Positions 38,961 through 51,753 of a stretch of DNA of 64,000 nucleotides are shown one piece after another (the first letter of the stretch is position 1; each line of letters begins with the position of its first letter). Both the position numbers and the translations under genes were made by a program. This DNA is from Octopus sinensis (taxonomy: Eukaryota), in assembly GCF_006345805.1 (NCBI RefSeq), contig NC_042998.1:44330001-44394000 (forward strand), read 5' to 3'. The notes beneath the pieces are model-generated. The model was not told the DNA's origin. It saw only the letters and a program-made list of their open reading frames with translations, and did no database searches.

Positions 38961-39039
38961 ATAAAAGAATAGTATACAAAGTATGTGATAACATGACTGG
39001 TACAGTCCTTCTGATAAAGATGTAACTCTATCTAGGACC

Positions 39040-39546
39040 AATCAAGGATTTTCACCGATCCCAAATCATCCTGATTACCAAACGAGGTATCCTCTCTCAT
39101 GCATTCCAATCTACAGGAACATATTTAGAGTTGGGTCATCTACTCTAACCATTTTTGCCACAGTCACCCATCTTTTCACAAATTCGCTGGCAGGTAACGC
39201 TTACCTTTCCATCTTCACTTTCCTTTAAAAGTCTATGAGAGCTTGGCCGAAAAGGAAGGTGTCTTTCCTTAATGCTTTTAACCTCGTCCACCTTCCAACA
39301 TATTTGGCCATTACCACCAGAGAGAGGAAGACTGCCAGGATGGATTCGGCCGATAACGAATTCACGTCACACGCTATAACCGCTATTCGACAAGCCAGCA
39401 ATACACGGACATGGCATAAGTGCGTGCATAGAGGTTTCATCGCTCTGTGCACATCTCAGACAGTCCTACCTGACAGCGCTTCTGTGCTTGTAGTGTGTAT
39501 TTCGAACTGGCATTGCTCTTCGCTAGCACTGCCAGGCCAGGGATTT
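39040..39546 (-). mobile_element. Tx1/L1-clade LINE ORF2 C-terminal relic (zf-RVT)
   Basis: KSLAWQC*RRAMPVR..DCLRCAQSDETSMHALMPCP..LSAESI..WTRLKALR.DTFL.GQALIDF..FVKRWVTVAKM; stops and frameshifts. Confidence 0.75.
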
Positions 39547-39939
39547 CTGTAAGTATAAAAAATTGTGGAAAAAACTATAACTGAAAGAAAGCACATGAAC
39601 ATTGTAAATTATTGTAAACAAAAAGTAGAAATAATATAAAATGAATTGATGAACGAAAAAGTATTTAAAATTGTTTTGAAAATAAAAGGACACATATAAA
39701 TGTTCATTTTAAAGGCAGGAAACGAAAGGAAAGGTCACGGTTTCACATTGTAGCGAAACTAGAGGTTGCTTTAAGTTTAATTGTAAAGTTAATTATAAAG
39801 TTTAATTGTAAAGGTATTCGCAGTTCGTCTCGCAGCGGGGCGAGATGGCCGTCTCATATGCATCATAATTATGTTCATTTCAGTTATCATTTTTCATTCG
39901 TCTTTTTGTCCCCGCATGTCAGTTGTATGTCCCCTCTGT

Positions 39940-40190
39940 ATTCAGGCCTTGTGCCTATAATAAAGAGAAAAGACCAGGGATTTCTGAGAATTTTAACATA
40001 GGACCTGCAATTCTGAGGGAGAGTGTAAGTCGATTATATCGATCACAGTGCTCAACTGATACTTATTTTTGTCGACCTGGAAAGGATGAAAAGCAAAGTT
40101 GACCTCGGCAGAATTTGAAAGTAAAGCCGGATGAGGCGCCGCTAAGCATTTTCTGTGCGGTGCTAACGATTCTGCCAGCTCGTCACTTTT
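39940..40190 (-). mobile_element. Degenerate SINE A
   Basis: gtcgattatatcgatc..aaaggatgaaaagcaaagttgacctcggcagaatttga..gctaacgattctgccagctcg. Confidence 0.65.
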
Positions 40191-40782
40191 AACAATGTTG
40201 TCTTATTCAGGCACAATACGAGAAATTTCGAAGGGTGAGTGTTAGTCTATATTATCAACCACAACACTTGACTCATTTTTTGAGATATCGAGGTGGGAAA
40301 GATGAAAAGGTAAATTTGATCTCGTGGAGAACTGAAGTCAGAATGTAAGGACCCGGAGGAAATATCAGAAGGTATTTTGTATAACAATATAACACTGCTA
40401 AGAATCGAGTACTATAACATTTTTTATAGGGACAACAATTTTGGGGTAGAGAGGTTAGATTATCTTCACTCGTACGTCATCGACCTTGGAAAATTAACAT
40501 GCAAAGACAATTTCGGTGTAATTTGGGCAAAGACAAAAATAAATCATAGAATCAGAACAAGTACCACACGGTACTTTTTCTCACGTGCCAACAATGCTGC
40601 CAATGCATTATAAATAACAAATAAATAAATAAATTTCCTTGAGCTTTGACACATAAAAAGCAAATTGAATTTCACAAAATGCCATACTCATCGAATACAC
40701 TGCTGTAGGAGGTGTGTTATCTATGCGAAATATCTGTCATATCCATGCGTGCATGCATGTATCTATATATACATATATATAG

Positions 40783-41013
40783 AGCGGCGAGCTGGCAGAA
40801 ACGTTAGCAGGCCGGGCGAGATGTGTAGCAGTATTTCGTCTGCCGTTTCGTTCTGAGTTCAAATTCCGCCGAGGTCGACTTTGCCTTTCATCCCTTTCGG
40901 GGTCGATTAAATAAGTACCAGTTACACACAGAGGTCGATATAATCCACTTAATCCCTTTGTGTCTCCTTGTTTGTCCCTTCTATGTGTAGCCCCCTGTGG
41001 GCAATAAAGAAAT
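40783..41013 (+). mobile_element. SINE A, single-unit copy
   Basis: GCGGCGAGCTGGCAGAAACGTTAGC...GAGTTCAAATTCCGCCGAGGTCGAC...GGGCAATAAAGAAATA. Confidence 0.9.
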
Positions 41014-41047
41014 ATATACATACATATATATGTGTGCATGTATATAT

Positions 41048-41082
<35 letters not shown>

Positions 41083-41186
41083 ATCATGTATATATAATAT
41101 ATATATAATATATATATACATGTATATATATATGTTTTATATATACATATACATACATACATATAATATATATTGTGTGTTGTGTG

Positions 41187-41231
<45 letters not shown>

Positions 41232-41424
41232 AAACGTTAAAAAAAAAACACAAACTGGGACAAGAACGTGAAACATTTAGAAGACGACAAAAAAACGCAC
41301 AGACTTTCGAAGCTCTCAGTCATCAGTCAAGAACCAGATCATCTTCGCAATTTCGATATATATATGTTTGTGTGAGTGTGTGTGTGTGTATAATATACAT
41401 GCACACATGATGAGATAGATAGAT

Positions 41425-41494
<70 letters not shown>

Positions 41495-41699
41495 TTATAT
41501 TATATTATATTATATTATATTATACTATACAGGCACATACATTTTAGTTTGGTAATGTCAGCTACTCTGAGTTTTACATGTAGGTTCACACGATCCTCAG
41601 GCAAGTTAAATATTACTAATTTCTATTATGGTATTCAGTATTCATTTTTACCAACATTTAAGAAACAGATGTATATGTAAGTGTGTGTGTCAGAATTAG

Positions 41700-41900
41700 T
41701 ATGTTATTAAAAGTCTACCGGTTTCAAATTATGGCACAAGGCCACCAACATCGGAGCGGGGGTAAGTCGGGTACATCAACGCCAGTGTTCAACTGGTACA
41801 TATTTTATCGATTCCAAAATTTTGAAAGGCAAAATCCAACTCGGCGGAATTTGAACTCAGAACGTTGGGCAACGAAAGTATTTTGCAATTCCCACGTGCT
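41700..41900 (-). mobile_element. Degenerate SINE A
   Basis: actggtacatattttatcga..cggcggaatttgaactcagaacg. Confidence 0.6.
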
Positions 41901-42013
41901 CAGTATGACGAGAATGTGCTACAAACAAGATAACTACGACTAGAAGTTGAATCAGTTGCGTTTCTTTCGTTATTTGGTCGCGGACAATACCCGGCTATAT
42001 AATTATATTTAGT

Positions 42014-42580
42014 AAGGCAACGAGCTGGAGGACACGTTAGCGTGTCGGGCGAAATGCTGAGCGGTATTTCGTTTGTCGTTACGTTCTGGGTTCAAATTCC
42101 GCCGAGGTCTACTTTGCCTTTCATCCTTTCGGGGTCGATAAATTAAGTACCAGTTCCGCACTGGGGTCGATATAATCGACTTAATACCTATGTCTGTCCT
42201 TCTTTGTCCCCTCTATGTTTAACCGCTTGTGGGTAATAAAGAAATAGGTTCTGAGTTCAAATTCCGCCGAGGTCGACTTTCGGGGCTGATTAAATAATTA
42301 CCAGTTACGCACTGGGGTCGATATAATCGACTTAATCCGTTTGACTGTCCTTGTTTGTCCTCTCTGTGTTTAGTCCCTTGTGGGTAGTAAAGAAATAGGT
42401 ATTTCGTCTGTTGTTACGTTATGAGTTCAAATTCCGCCGAGGTCGACTTTGCCTTTCATCCTTTCGTGGTCGATAAATAAAGTACCAGTTACGCACTGGG
42501 ATCGATGTAATCCACTTAATTCCTTTGTCTGTCCTTGTTTGTTCCCTCTATGTTTAGCCCCTTGTGGGCAATAAAGAAAT
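42014..42580 (+). mobile_element. SINE A, three-unit form
   Basis: One head, then three bodies each with GTTCAAATTCCGCCGAGGTC. Confidence 0.85.
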
Positions 42581-43334
42581 ATATATAATTATATACAGTA
42601 AACTGCAACAAAGATGAGGGATAAAAAAATGCTTCGTGATAGGTATATATTCCCTTTAATACCCTTCCATGTCAGCGGAAGAAAATAAAAAGGAATGGAG
42701 CCATATATAGCCAAATGTATCAAACTGGAGTATAGACGAAGAATATTGCACGTGTTAAATGAAGGGAATGAAAAAATATATATGTACGGCTTGTAAAGAT
42801 ATAAGAGAAGGGAAATAACATACACGTTTCACTATCGATTACTTCCCATGACCGACAAAGCAGCAGAATACGATGTATGGAAGATTGTAAATGAAACTTA
42901 CGTTCACTTAGGTGTAGTGACACGCGCGCACACAGGAAAACATAGAGACACAACGCACACACATGCGAGTATTTCAGTGTGTGTGCGTGCTTGTGTGTGT
43001 GTGTGTGTGTGTGTGCGTGTGTGTGTGCGTTGTGTATGTGCGTGCGTGAGTGTGTACGTGTGTGTGTGTGTCTTTGCTTGTGATTATATGCACACATAAA
43101 TATATGTGTATATATATACAAACATATATGTATATATTAGAGCGTTTGCATTCATCTATTCATATATCAGTGCATTCTTGCGTTTATGTGAGGTGTGTGT
43201 GTGTGTGTGTGTACGTACGTGTGCATGCGAGTCCATGTATGTATGTTTGCATGAATGGATTATGAAGAAATGAACGAATGACCTTATTGTGTATGTATGT
43301 GTGAGTGAGTGTATATATATATATATATATATTA

Positions 43335-43380
<46 letters not shown>

Positions 43381-43395
43381 CGAGAGAGAGATAGA

Positions 43396-43731
43396 GACCC
43401 CCTTCGGTCATGAATGACCATGGGATTGCACCTAGAAAGTTACCCTCCTAGACACAAGTCTGGGCAAGGTTGTTCTTTATGGAAGACCAGCAGTCGCCCA
43501 TGCGTACCAGCCTCCCCCTCTCCACACCACCAGTGTTATCCAAGGGAAAGACAAAGGTCGATACAGCTTGGCACCAGTGACGTCGCCACTCATTTCTACA
43601 GCTGAGTGAACTGGAGCAACGTGAAATAAAGTGCTTTGCTCAAGAACACAACACGCAGCCCGGTCCGGGATTCGAGCTCACAACCTCACGATGGAAGCTC
43701 GACGCTCTAACACTGAGCCATGCGCCTTCAC
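43396..43731 (-). mobile_element. tRNA-derived SINE family C
   Basis: Minus strand GGCGCATGGCTCAGTG.TTAGAGC..GCTCGAATCCCGG head, then ttgtgttcttgagcaaagcacttt..ttgctccag central domain; degenerate copy at ~57385-57530 +. Confidence 0.8.
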
Positions 43732-43910
43732 ATATATAATAATATATATATATATATATAGATATAAATATATATTATATATATATTATATATATATATA
43801 ATATATATTATATATATATTATATATTTATATATATTATATATATATTATATATATATATTATATATATTATATATATATATATATTATATATAATATTA
43901 TATTATATAT

Positions 43911-43941
<31 letters not shown>

Positions 43942-44141
43942 TATATATATATATATTCATAATTATTACATTATATATATTTTATTATATATATATTATA
44001 TATATATATATATATTATAATATATATTATATTATATATATTAATATATATTATATATATATATATATTATTATATATATTATATATATATATATATATT
44101 ATATATATTATATATATATATATATTATATATTTATATATT

Positions 44142-44189
<48 letters not shown>

Positions 44190-44287
44190 TATATATATAT
44201 ATATTTATATATATATATATATATTATTATTATATTATATATATATATATCTATATATATATATTATATATATATATATATTATATA

Positions 44288-44337
<50 letters not shown>

Positions 44338-44427
44338 ATTATATATATATATATTATATATATATATAATTATATATAATATATATATACATTATATATA
44401 TAATATATACATATATATATATATATA

Positions 44428-44518
<91 letters not shown>

Positions 44519-44550
44519 CTATATAAGCAACAAGCAATATATATATATAT
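43731..44550. repeat. ~800-bp degenerate (TA)n tract
   Basis: Direct reading. Confidence 0.95.
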
Positions 44551-45125
44551 GCATGTATACGAGTGTTTGGGTTATGTATCTACATGACCAGTAAATATCT
44601 ATTTATGTATGTGTGTATGTATGTGTAATCCATTTCCATTTATGTAATCATGTATGTACTTATAACAATAACTTGTGCACTGGAGAAATTTTACGCAATA
44701 CATTAATATAAGATTTATTCTTGCTCGATAATAACTTTCACGTACTACTCAATAGCTAATAGGTATGAATTTTGCCATAGAAGTTGTAGATTATACCATA
44801 GTTGACAGAAATATTCTTTCGTTCAGTATCTTGTAGATTGAAAATTAATACTAATTAGAAAAAAAATACAGTTCGCATATGATAACATAGTGAAATATTA
44901 TCTAACACATATGTATATAACATAGCGGAATGTTATCTAACATATGTATACATATGATAAATAGGTATGTTACATTTACACCTCTGTGGGAACAGTTTGC
45001 GCTGATACGTATTTGTATATTTAGCTCCTTTTAATGGGAATTTCAACGCGTTGATTTGGTAGCAATGCGCCTGATTTGGTGTGCTGCATTAAATTATTCA
45101 ATTATTATTCAATACATGGGTATGG

Positions 45126-45127
<2 letters not shown>

Positions 45128-45194
<67 letters not shown>

Positions 45195-45279
45195 GTATAT
45201 ATATATATATGTATATATATATATGTATATATATATATGTATATATATGTATATCGATATATGTATATATATTATATAC

Positions 45280-45354
<75 letters not shown>

Positions 45355-45356
45355 CA

Positions 45357-45423
<67 letters not shown>

Positions 45424-45580
45424 GTAAATATATATATTTATGTATATATATATATGTATATATATATATGTATATATATATATATGTATATATTATATAT
45501 GTATATATAGATATGTATATATATATATATGTATATTATATATTATATGTATATATATGTATATATATATATGTATAAAT
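45128..45580. repeat. (TA)n/(TATG)n tract
   Basis: Direct reading. Confidence 0.95.
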
Positions 45581-46576
45581 ATATATGTATATGCGTGAGC
45601 ATGTGTGTACACATATAACATAATAAAGCATACATAATGCATATATAAATATATGTATATATGTACGTATATATGAATGTGTTTGTGTGTGTATTGCATC
45701 CGGACAATCCTCTCTAGCATTCATATCGTCTATTTTTCATTTAATTTCGCTATGAAGCTATGCTTTATAGAACGGTAATACCTCTCATTCTCTCTTCCCC
45801 ACTCTCTTCTCCCTTCTGTCTCTCTTCTCCCTCTCTTCCTCATATTTCTCTATTTTTCTCTCTTTCCCACTCTCTCCCCCTCTCTCTCTCTCTCTCTGTT
45901 TTACTTTTCTTCTTCCTGAACACTTCAGGAAATTATTGACTACCAACTGAATTTGATTGATATTAATTGTCACGCTATGATAGTTTGGAAGCATAGCCAG
46001 CATTCGTGTTAAGGAAGAACTTAATGGCTATTTCATGTTTTTCAACAGAGAACGCTTATATTTCTGTCAGTGTAATCATATACACAGGGTGCAGAAAAAA
46101 TATTTTGCTAAGCATTACATCATTAAGAGATACATATTACATGTACTTCGTCTCGTATTCTTATGCGTAATATATATCCCTAAGAACAAAGCTACTAAAC
46201 GGTTTTAATGCTATTATTTTTGATTCGTCAGGTGCTTTTAAACCGAGTTTACTTTCGACGGGCAAGAATTTTGTGGGTCGTCATTCGAACAGATACTGTA
46301 TGTTGGAACCTGTGAAGTTCCAATATAAAATTTGATCACAGAATTGCAAGATAACTAATCGTGTTATTTAAACTCTGCTGTCGTCACTTACTGCACATGC
46401 CACGGAGACTTCAACATCTGGTGTGCAAGAACTTGTCCAGTTCAGACATTTTTTTTCATTAATAAATATAATTCATAAGATCATTCCTCGCTCATTCAGT
46501 TTTCTTTGTGACACACCCTGCCCTTAAATGCCGTATATGTATATGTGTGTGTGTGTGTGTATATATATATGATATA

Positions 46577-46617
<41 letters not shown>

Positions 46618-47199
46618 CCTTAGGGCTGAAACATGTAAAGTGAATAAAGAATGTGTGTGTGTATATGTATGTGTATTTGTGTGTCTGTGTTTGTGTATCT
46701 GTGTACATATATACATTTATATACATACAGTTTTGTATATATGCATATATAAATACATGTATATATATATATACATGCATACATACATATAATTTACGTG
46801 TGTGGGTGTGTGTAATGAATATCTAGGTATTAAGCATCCAGACGTACGAACACCTGGTTATAATCAGTGTTCTGGCTAACCGCATCGATTTATAAAGAGT
46901 ACCTAGGATTACTTAAGATGAGAAACACCCCTTCAATCCATCCGATGGGTAAATCCTGGGTTCGCTTCCTTGGATTGTAAATATTTTATTGCCTGTATCT
47001 GTCAGACTCTTACAAACAATAAGGAGATCGCACAAATTTAAGCGAAATATGTTGTATAATTGACCATAGAAATGAGAATTTGCAGGTGTACTTATTTCCA
47101 TAATCATTGTAATTTTCTCATATATATGTGGGGGGGGGGCGTGTTTGTGTGTGTATGTGTGTGTGATTATGTATATATGTGTGTGTGTTTATGCCCGTC

Positions 47200-47460
47200 G
47201 TATGTTTGTGTATGTGTGTTTGTGTGTGTGAATGTGCGTGTGTGTCTCTATGTGTCTGTGTTTGTAGCCCCATCACCGCTTGATAACCGGTGTTGGTGTG
47301 TATATGTCCCCGTAACATAGCGGGTCGGCAAATGAACTAATAGAATAAGTACTAGGCTGAAAAAAATAAGCTCTGGGCTCGATTTGTTCGACTAAAACCC
47401 TTTAAGACGTTGCTCCAGCACGGCCGCAGTCTGACGACTGAAACAAGTGAAGGGATTAAG
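47200..47460 (+). mobile_element. SINE B tail fragment
   Basis: ccgcttgataaccggtgttgg..aataagtactaggct..ctccagcacggccgcagtc; other tail fragments at ~15061-15110 and ~62800-62880. Confidence 0.7.
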
Positions 47461-47614
47461 AATATATATATATGTATGTAAATGTAAAAAAATACAAACT
47501 GGGACAAGAACGTACAACATTTAGAAGACGATACAAAAAACACGGACGGGACATTCGAAGCCTTCAATCTTCAGTCAAGAACCGGATCATCTTCGCAATT
47601 TCGGCTGATTAATC

Positions 47615-47681
<67 letters not shown>

Positions 47682-47709
47682 ATATAATATATATATATAT
47701 ATATATAGA

Positions 47710-47759
<50 letters not shown>

Positions 47760-47783
47760 TACATATATACATATATATATATA

Positions 47784-48828
47784 TAGGGTGTGGTGAATAA
47801 ACTACGCAAAAATTACGTCTAAATTAAGCAAAAATAAAAATAACACGGACATCTAATTTTTAAAAGATATACTTACTAAAATTACATGAAAATATCTTGA
47901 AATACTAAAGAGTAAATCTATTAAATATAATCGCCATTGGCTTCAACAACGGTCTCCAGGTGACTTCGGAATCTCCTACAAATCTCTGGACGGTCCCGTT
48001 GTTTAAGATGGTGAGTACTGACATAGCCCCTGTATTCAGTTCATCTTTAGTGTTACTAGGAGTTTTGTTGGTCACTCACTCAACTGCGCCCCTCACTTAA
48101 TAATCAAGAGGGTTACAATCTGAGGAGTTAGGTGGTCAGATGTCAGGGGTGATGTGGTCATAGAAATAGTCTGAGAACCATGACTGTGTTCTCTGTTTAC
48201 CTAGCATGGTGTAGAAACCTGTTGCCAGACATACGGTTTTTCAGCAGCTACCCTTTTGACTCAGGACAGCACTACCTCCTCCAGGCATTTGATGCAGCCC
48301 TCTGTGTTGAGTCTGAGGCCGTGTGGGAAGATGAATGGAAGCATAACGTCGACATCACTAGTGATCACTCCGAACACCATAATATTGACAGGATGTTTGA
48401 TTTTTATCCCTCTCGTTACATGTTTTAGGGACACGGCAAGCCAACGGTTGTTCTGTATGTTCACCATCTGATCCTGGCAGAAAATTTTCGGTTGGTGGGA
48501 AAGCATAAGTTTGTTCAAAAGCTTTGTAGCGCGGTCTTTCCTCTTGTCTTTTATGGCTTGAGATAAAAATTGGCCCTTTCTCATCTTGACTGTCGACTTC
48601 ACTGATTTAGTCCAAAGGAGAGACAAGGTTAATACATTTCGAACCACCAAAGTTGAGGGGCTGCCGGAAGATAGTTTGGATCATTCCTCCCCAGCAACAG
48701 TTTTAGGGGCACCCTCTCCAGATTATCTGTTTAGGTTTTCTGCCATAGCCTTTCATACTACAAGGCAGCAGAAACATCCGCAGGTTGTACCATTTACTGT
48801 CATTTTGGTAGCAGCATTAGTCTGACCT
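47784..48828 (-). mobile_element. Tc1/mariner maT-like (DD37D-type) transposon relic
   Basis: KRKDRATKLLNKL..QNNRWLA..KHPVNIMVFGVITSD.DVMLPFIFPHGLRLN..YVWQQ, then frameshifted WPPNSPD-like region; TA|GGGTGTGG terminus at ~47784. Confidence 0.85.
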
Positions 48829-49029
48829 CACTCACACACACACATGGTCCGTGCGCGCGCGCGCACACACACACACACACAAGGATATACATAAAAACAT
48901 AAAATGTAAAATAATATATATATAGGTAAGATATGCCATAGAGAAATAGAAGATAATATATAGACATAAAAGTAAAAATATATATGTAAAAATTTAATTT
49001 AAAATTTAAAATTTCACGCACACATACAC

Positions 49030-49185
49030 ACACATCCTTCTTTGGATCTTTGCTTTTCCTATGTTTCTGACGAAGAGCACCGCTCGAAACGTTAAACCCT
49101 CCTTCTTTCCTGAGCGTCCAATAATACTATACTTGTCCCACGTCCTCGCGTTGTTGTGTTTTTCTTCGTGTTTTCATGTTTGGTT

Positions 49186-49190
<5 letters not shown>
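49030..49190 (+). mobile_element. PLE-terminus-like repeat family H1 (also 14095-14285 + and 23410-23600 -)
   Basis: Shared ttctttggatcttt..ctgacgaagagc..gaaacgttaaaccctccttctttcctgagcgtccaataatactatac..gcgttg in three copies, each next to a TA tract. Confidence 0.75.
49063..49097 (+). ncRNA. Minimal type-I hammerhead ribozyme motif with intact core, in a PLE-terminus-like repeat
   Basis: GTTT-CTGACGA-A-GAGC-ACC-GCTC-GAA-ACGT-T-AAAC: stem I GTTT/AAAC, CUGANGA, stem II GAGC/GCTC, GAAA, palindromic ACGT in place of stem III, GUU site. Confidence 0.65.
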
Positions 49191-49242
<52 letters not shown>

Positions 49243-49265
49243 TATATATATATATATAAATGTAT

Positions 49266-49304
<39 letters not shown>

Positions 49305-49621
49305 GTATTATATATATGTATTATATTTATGTATTATATATATGTATTATATTTATGTATTATATATATGTATTATATTTATGTATTATAATATATATAT
49401 ATAAATGTATTATATAATATGTATATATATATATATGTATATTATATTAATGTATATATATATGTATTATATATATATATTATATTATATATATAATTAT
49501 ATATATATAATACATTTACATATATATATATACATATATATAATATAAGTATGTACATATATATATATATGTATATGTATGTATATGTATGTATGTACAT
49601 GTATGTATTTATATATATACG

Positions 49622-49652
<31 letters not shown>

Positions 49653-49660
49653 ATGTATGA
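49190..49660. repeat. (TA)n tract with tatatatgtattata minisatellite-like units
   Basis: Direct reading. Confidence 0.9.
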
Positions 49661-50042
49661 ATGTATATTTGTCACACACGTAAACACGAAAGTCCCGATA
49701 AGTACATGGACACATGCTCACATGCCTTTTTGCTAGCCCATGCATACATACAAACACGCTCACCCATACAACTAGTATACATTATCCTCACATACATACA
49801 TGCACTAACGCACACACTTTAGCCATGTTACTGTTGTCTTCCTTCTATTCTGCAACTTCCTTCCAATCAATTCAACATGCGAAACCATTAATCCAGACAC
49901 GTTTTTTTTTTCCCCTCACTTCGATTTCTTTCCCCATTCCTTTTTTGTCGAAGAACGTAGGCTCGAAGCTTGAAAGACTTTTTCCATTTCTCTTGAACAT
50001 CAAACTATTAAAACTTGTTTGTTGCTTCTTGTACATTTGAAC

Positions 50043-50112
50043 TATACATACATACATACATACATACATACATACATACATACATACATACATACATACA
50101 TACATACATACA

Positions 50113-50160
<48 letters not shown>
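50043..50160. repeat. (CATA)n microsatellite
   Basis: Direct reading. Confidence 0.95.
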
Positions 50161-50162
<2 letters not shown>

Positions 50163-51619
50163 ATCTTTGTTCTGATATTTCCTGAATTATTGATCTTAAT
50201 CTTTAATCATTAATCTCTGATTGATGCAGTCAATGTTCTCAAGAATACGAAACATTGATACATACAAATACACATACATATATAAATATATATATAAATA
50301 TATATAAATATACATATAAATATATATATATATATGTGTGTGTGTGTGTATAAATGTCTCGTGTACATGGATTATGGATTCGTTATACAAGTATATTTCC
50401 AATATGCGTAGGTGTTCTTATCTTTTCAAAAATGCCTCCAATAGAGGTAACTAAAAATAAGAGCTGTAATATGTATCTATCTGCATATCGATACACGCAC
50501 ACACACACACACTCACACACATATATATTTTATAAAGAATCGTTGGTATGGTCAAAACAATGCGAAGTAAATGCAAGGTAAATCACAAGAAAATAAATAT
50601 ATGAATTAATGTAGACTTAGCTTGTATTCAATATTTCGGAGTCATGACCCCATTTTCAAGAAAATATACGAATGTTGTCGATGTGCGTATGTGTGAGCGT
50701 GTGGAGAGTGGACAAGCGCGGAAAGATGCTGCTATAGCAAGCACCTAGCTTCTTATGACTCTTTTCTGTTGTTGAGCTTCGGTTCCTTTTGGTTTATGGT
50801 GTATCAGAGATTGTAAGGTTGCTCCTGTTCTGCTGTGTTTCTTTGATATGCCCTGTGAATTCCCGGGTCTGGCATTTCCGTAGATGTTTCTTCACGAAAG
50901 AGTCTGCCTGCATCTGTTCCTTAATGGGTGTACACACACACACACAGACACACACACACATATATATATATATATCGGTATATGTATATATGTATGTATA
51001 ACGATAGATATATATGAATGTAATGAGGCATTGTAAAGAAAGATTGCTCTTTCCAGAGATGTCTTACTTTTTAGCATCCTCTGATTTATCCATATACCTT
51101 TGAATTTACTGGAATTTGTTTCACCGTGTTAGTGGTTAATAGACACTAGTATTGTACACGTTAGGGAGTGCCAGTAGTCTGTATACATGTTTACATCCTA
51201 ATCGATATATGCGAACATAAATTTGTATTATACTGTAATGAAACTGGAGAGTTCGAATGCAGCAAAATCAATTTATTTCCATAACTGGCGATTACATGAG
51301 GCCTACGAACGTTTCAATATCCATCTTCATTTATTTTACAATTAACAATAGCATTATGAATTCAAAAGGTTGAGATCTCTTCAAGGATAAAATCGACATA
51401 TTTCTTTACATCCTAATAGACTCAGTATTCATTATAGCATAAGATTGCAGCGTGCATTTGTATGTGTGAGTGTGTGTTAGCATTTTCTCCTTTAAGCTTA
51501 ATTGCCCTATGTGTCTTCTTTATGTATGTATGTGTATGCGTTAGCTTTTTTGTCTTTGGAATTTTGCTCCAAAAACAACCCAAATTTAAAATTTGACCAT
51601 GTATATATATATACATAGA

Positions 51620-51753
<134 letters not shown>

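Noticed and set aside
39205-39546. 342-nt segment with good minus-strand splice signals and a 105-aa plus-strand ORF
   Set aside because: All minus frames have stops, and stitched frames give a Tx1/L1 zinc-finger C-terminus. It is a LINE relic; three edited stops would be needed for an exon.
34590-42580. Regularly repeated gtcga-containing units as a CRISPR-like or satellite array
   Set aside because: They are SINE body units without unique spacers, in a eukaryotic context.
41290-47620. CTGATGA/CTGAAGA...CGAA motifs in the repeat at ~41290-41355 and ~47545-47615 as hammerheads
   Set aside because: No G10.1-C11.1 stem II or convincing stem I could be drawn.
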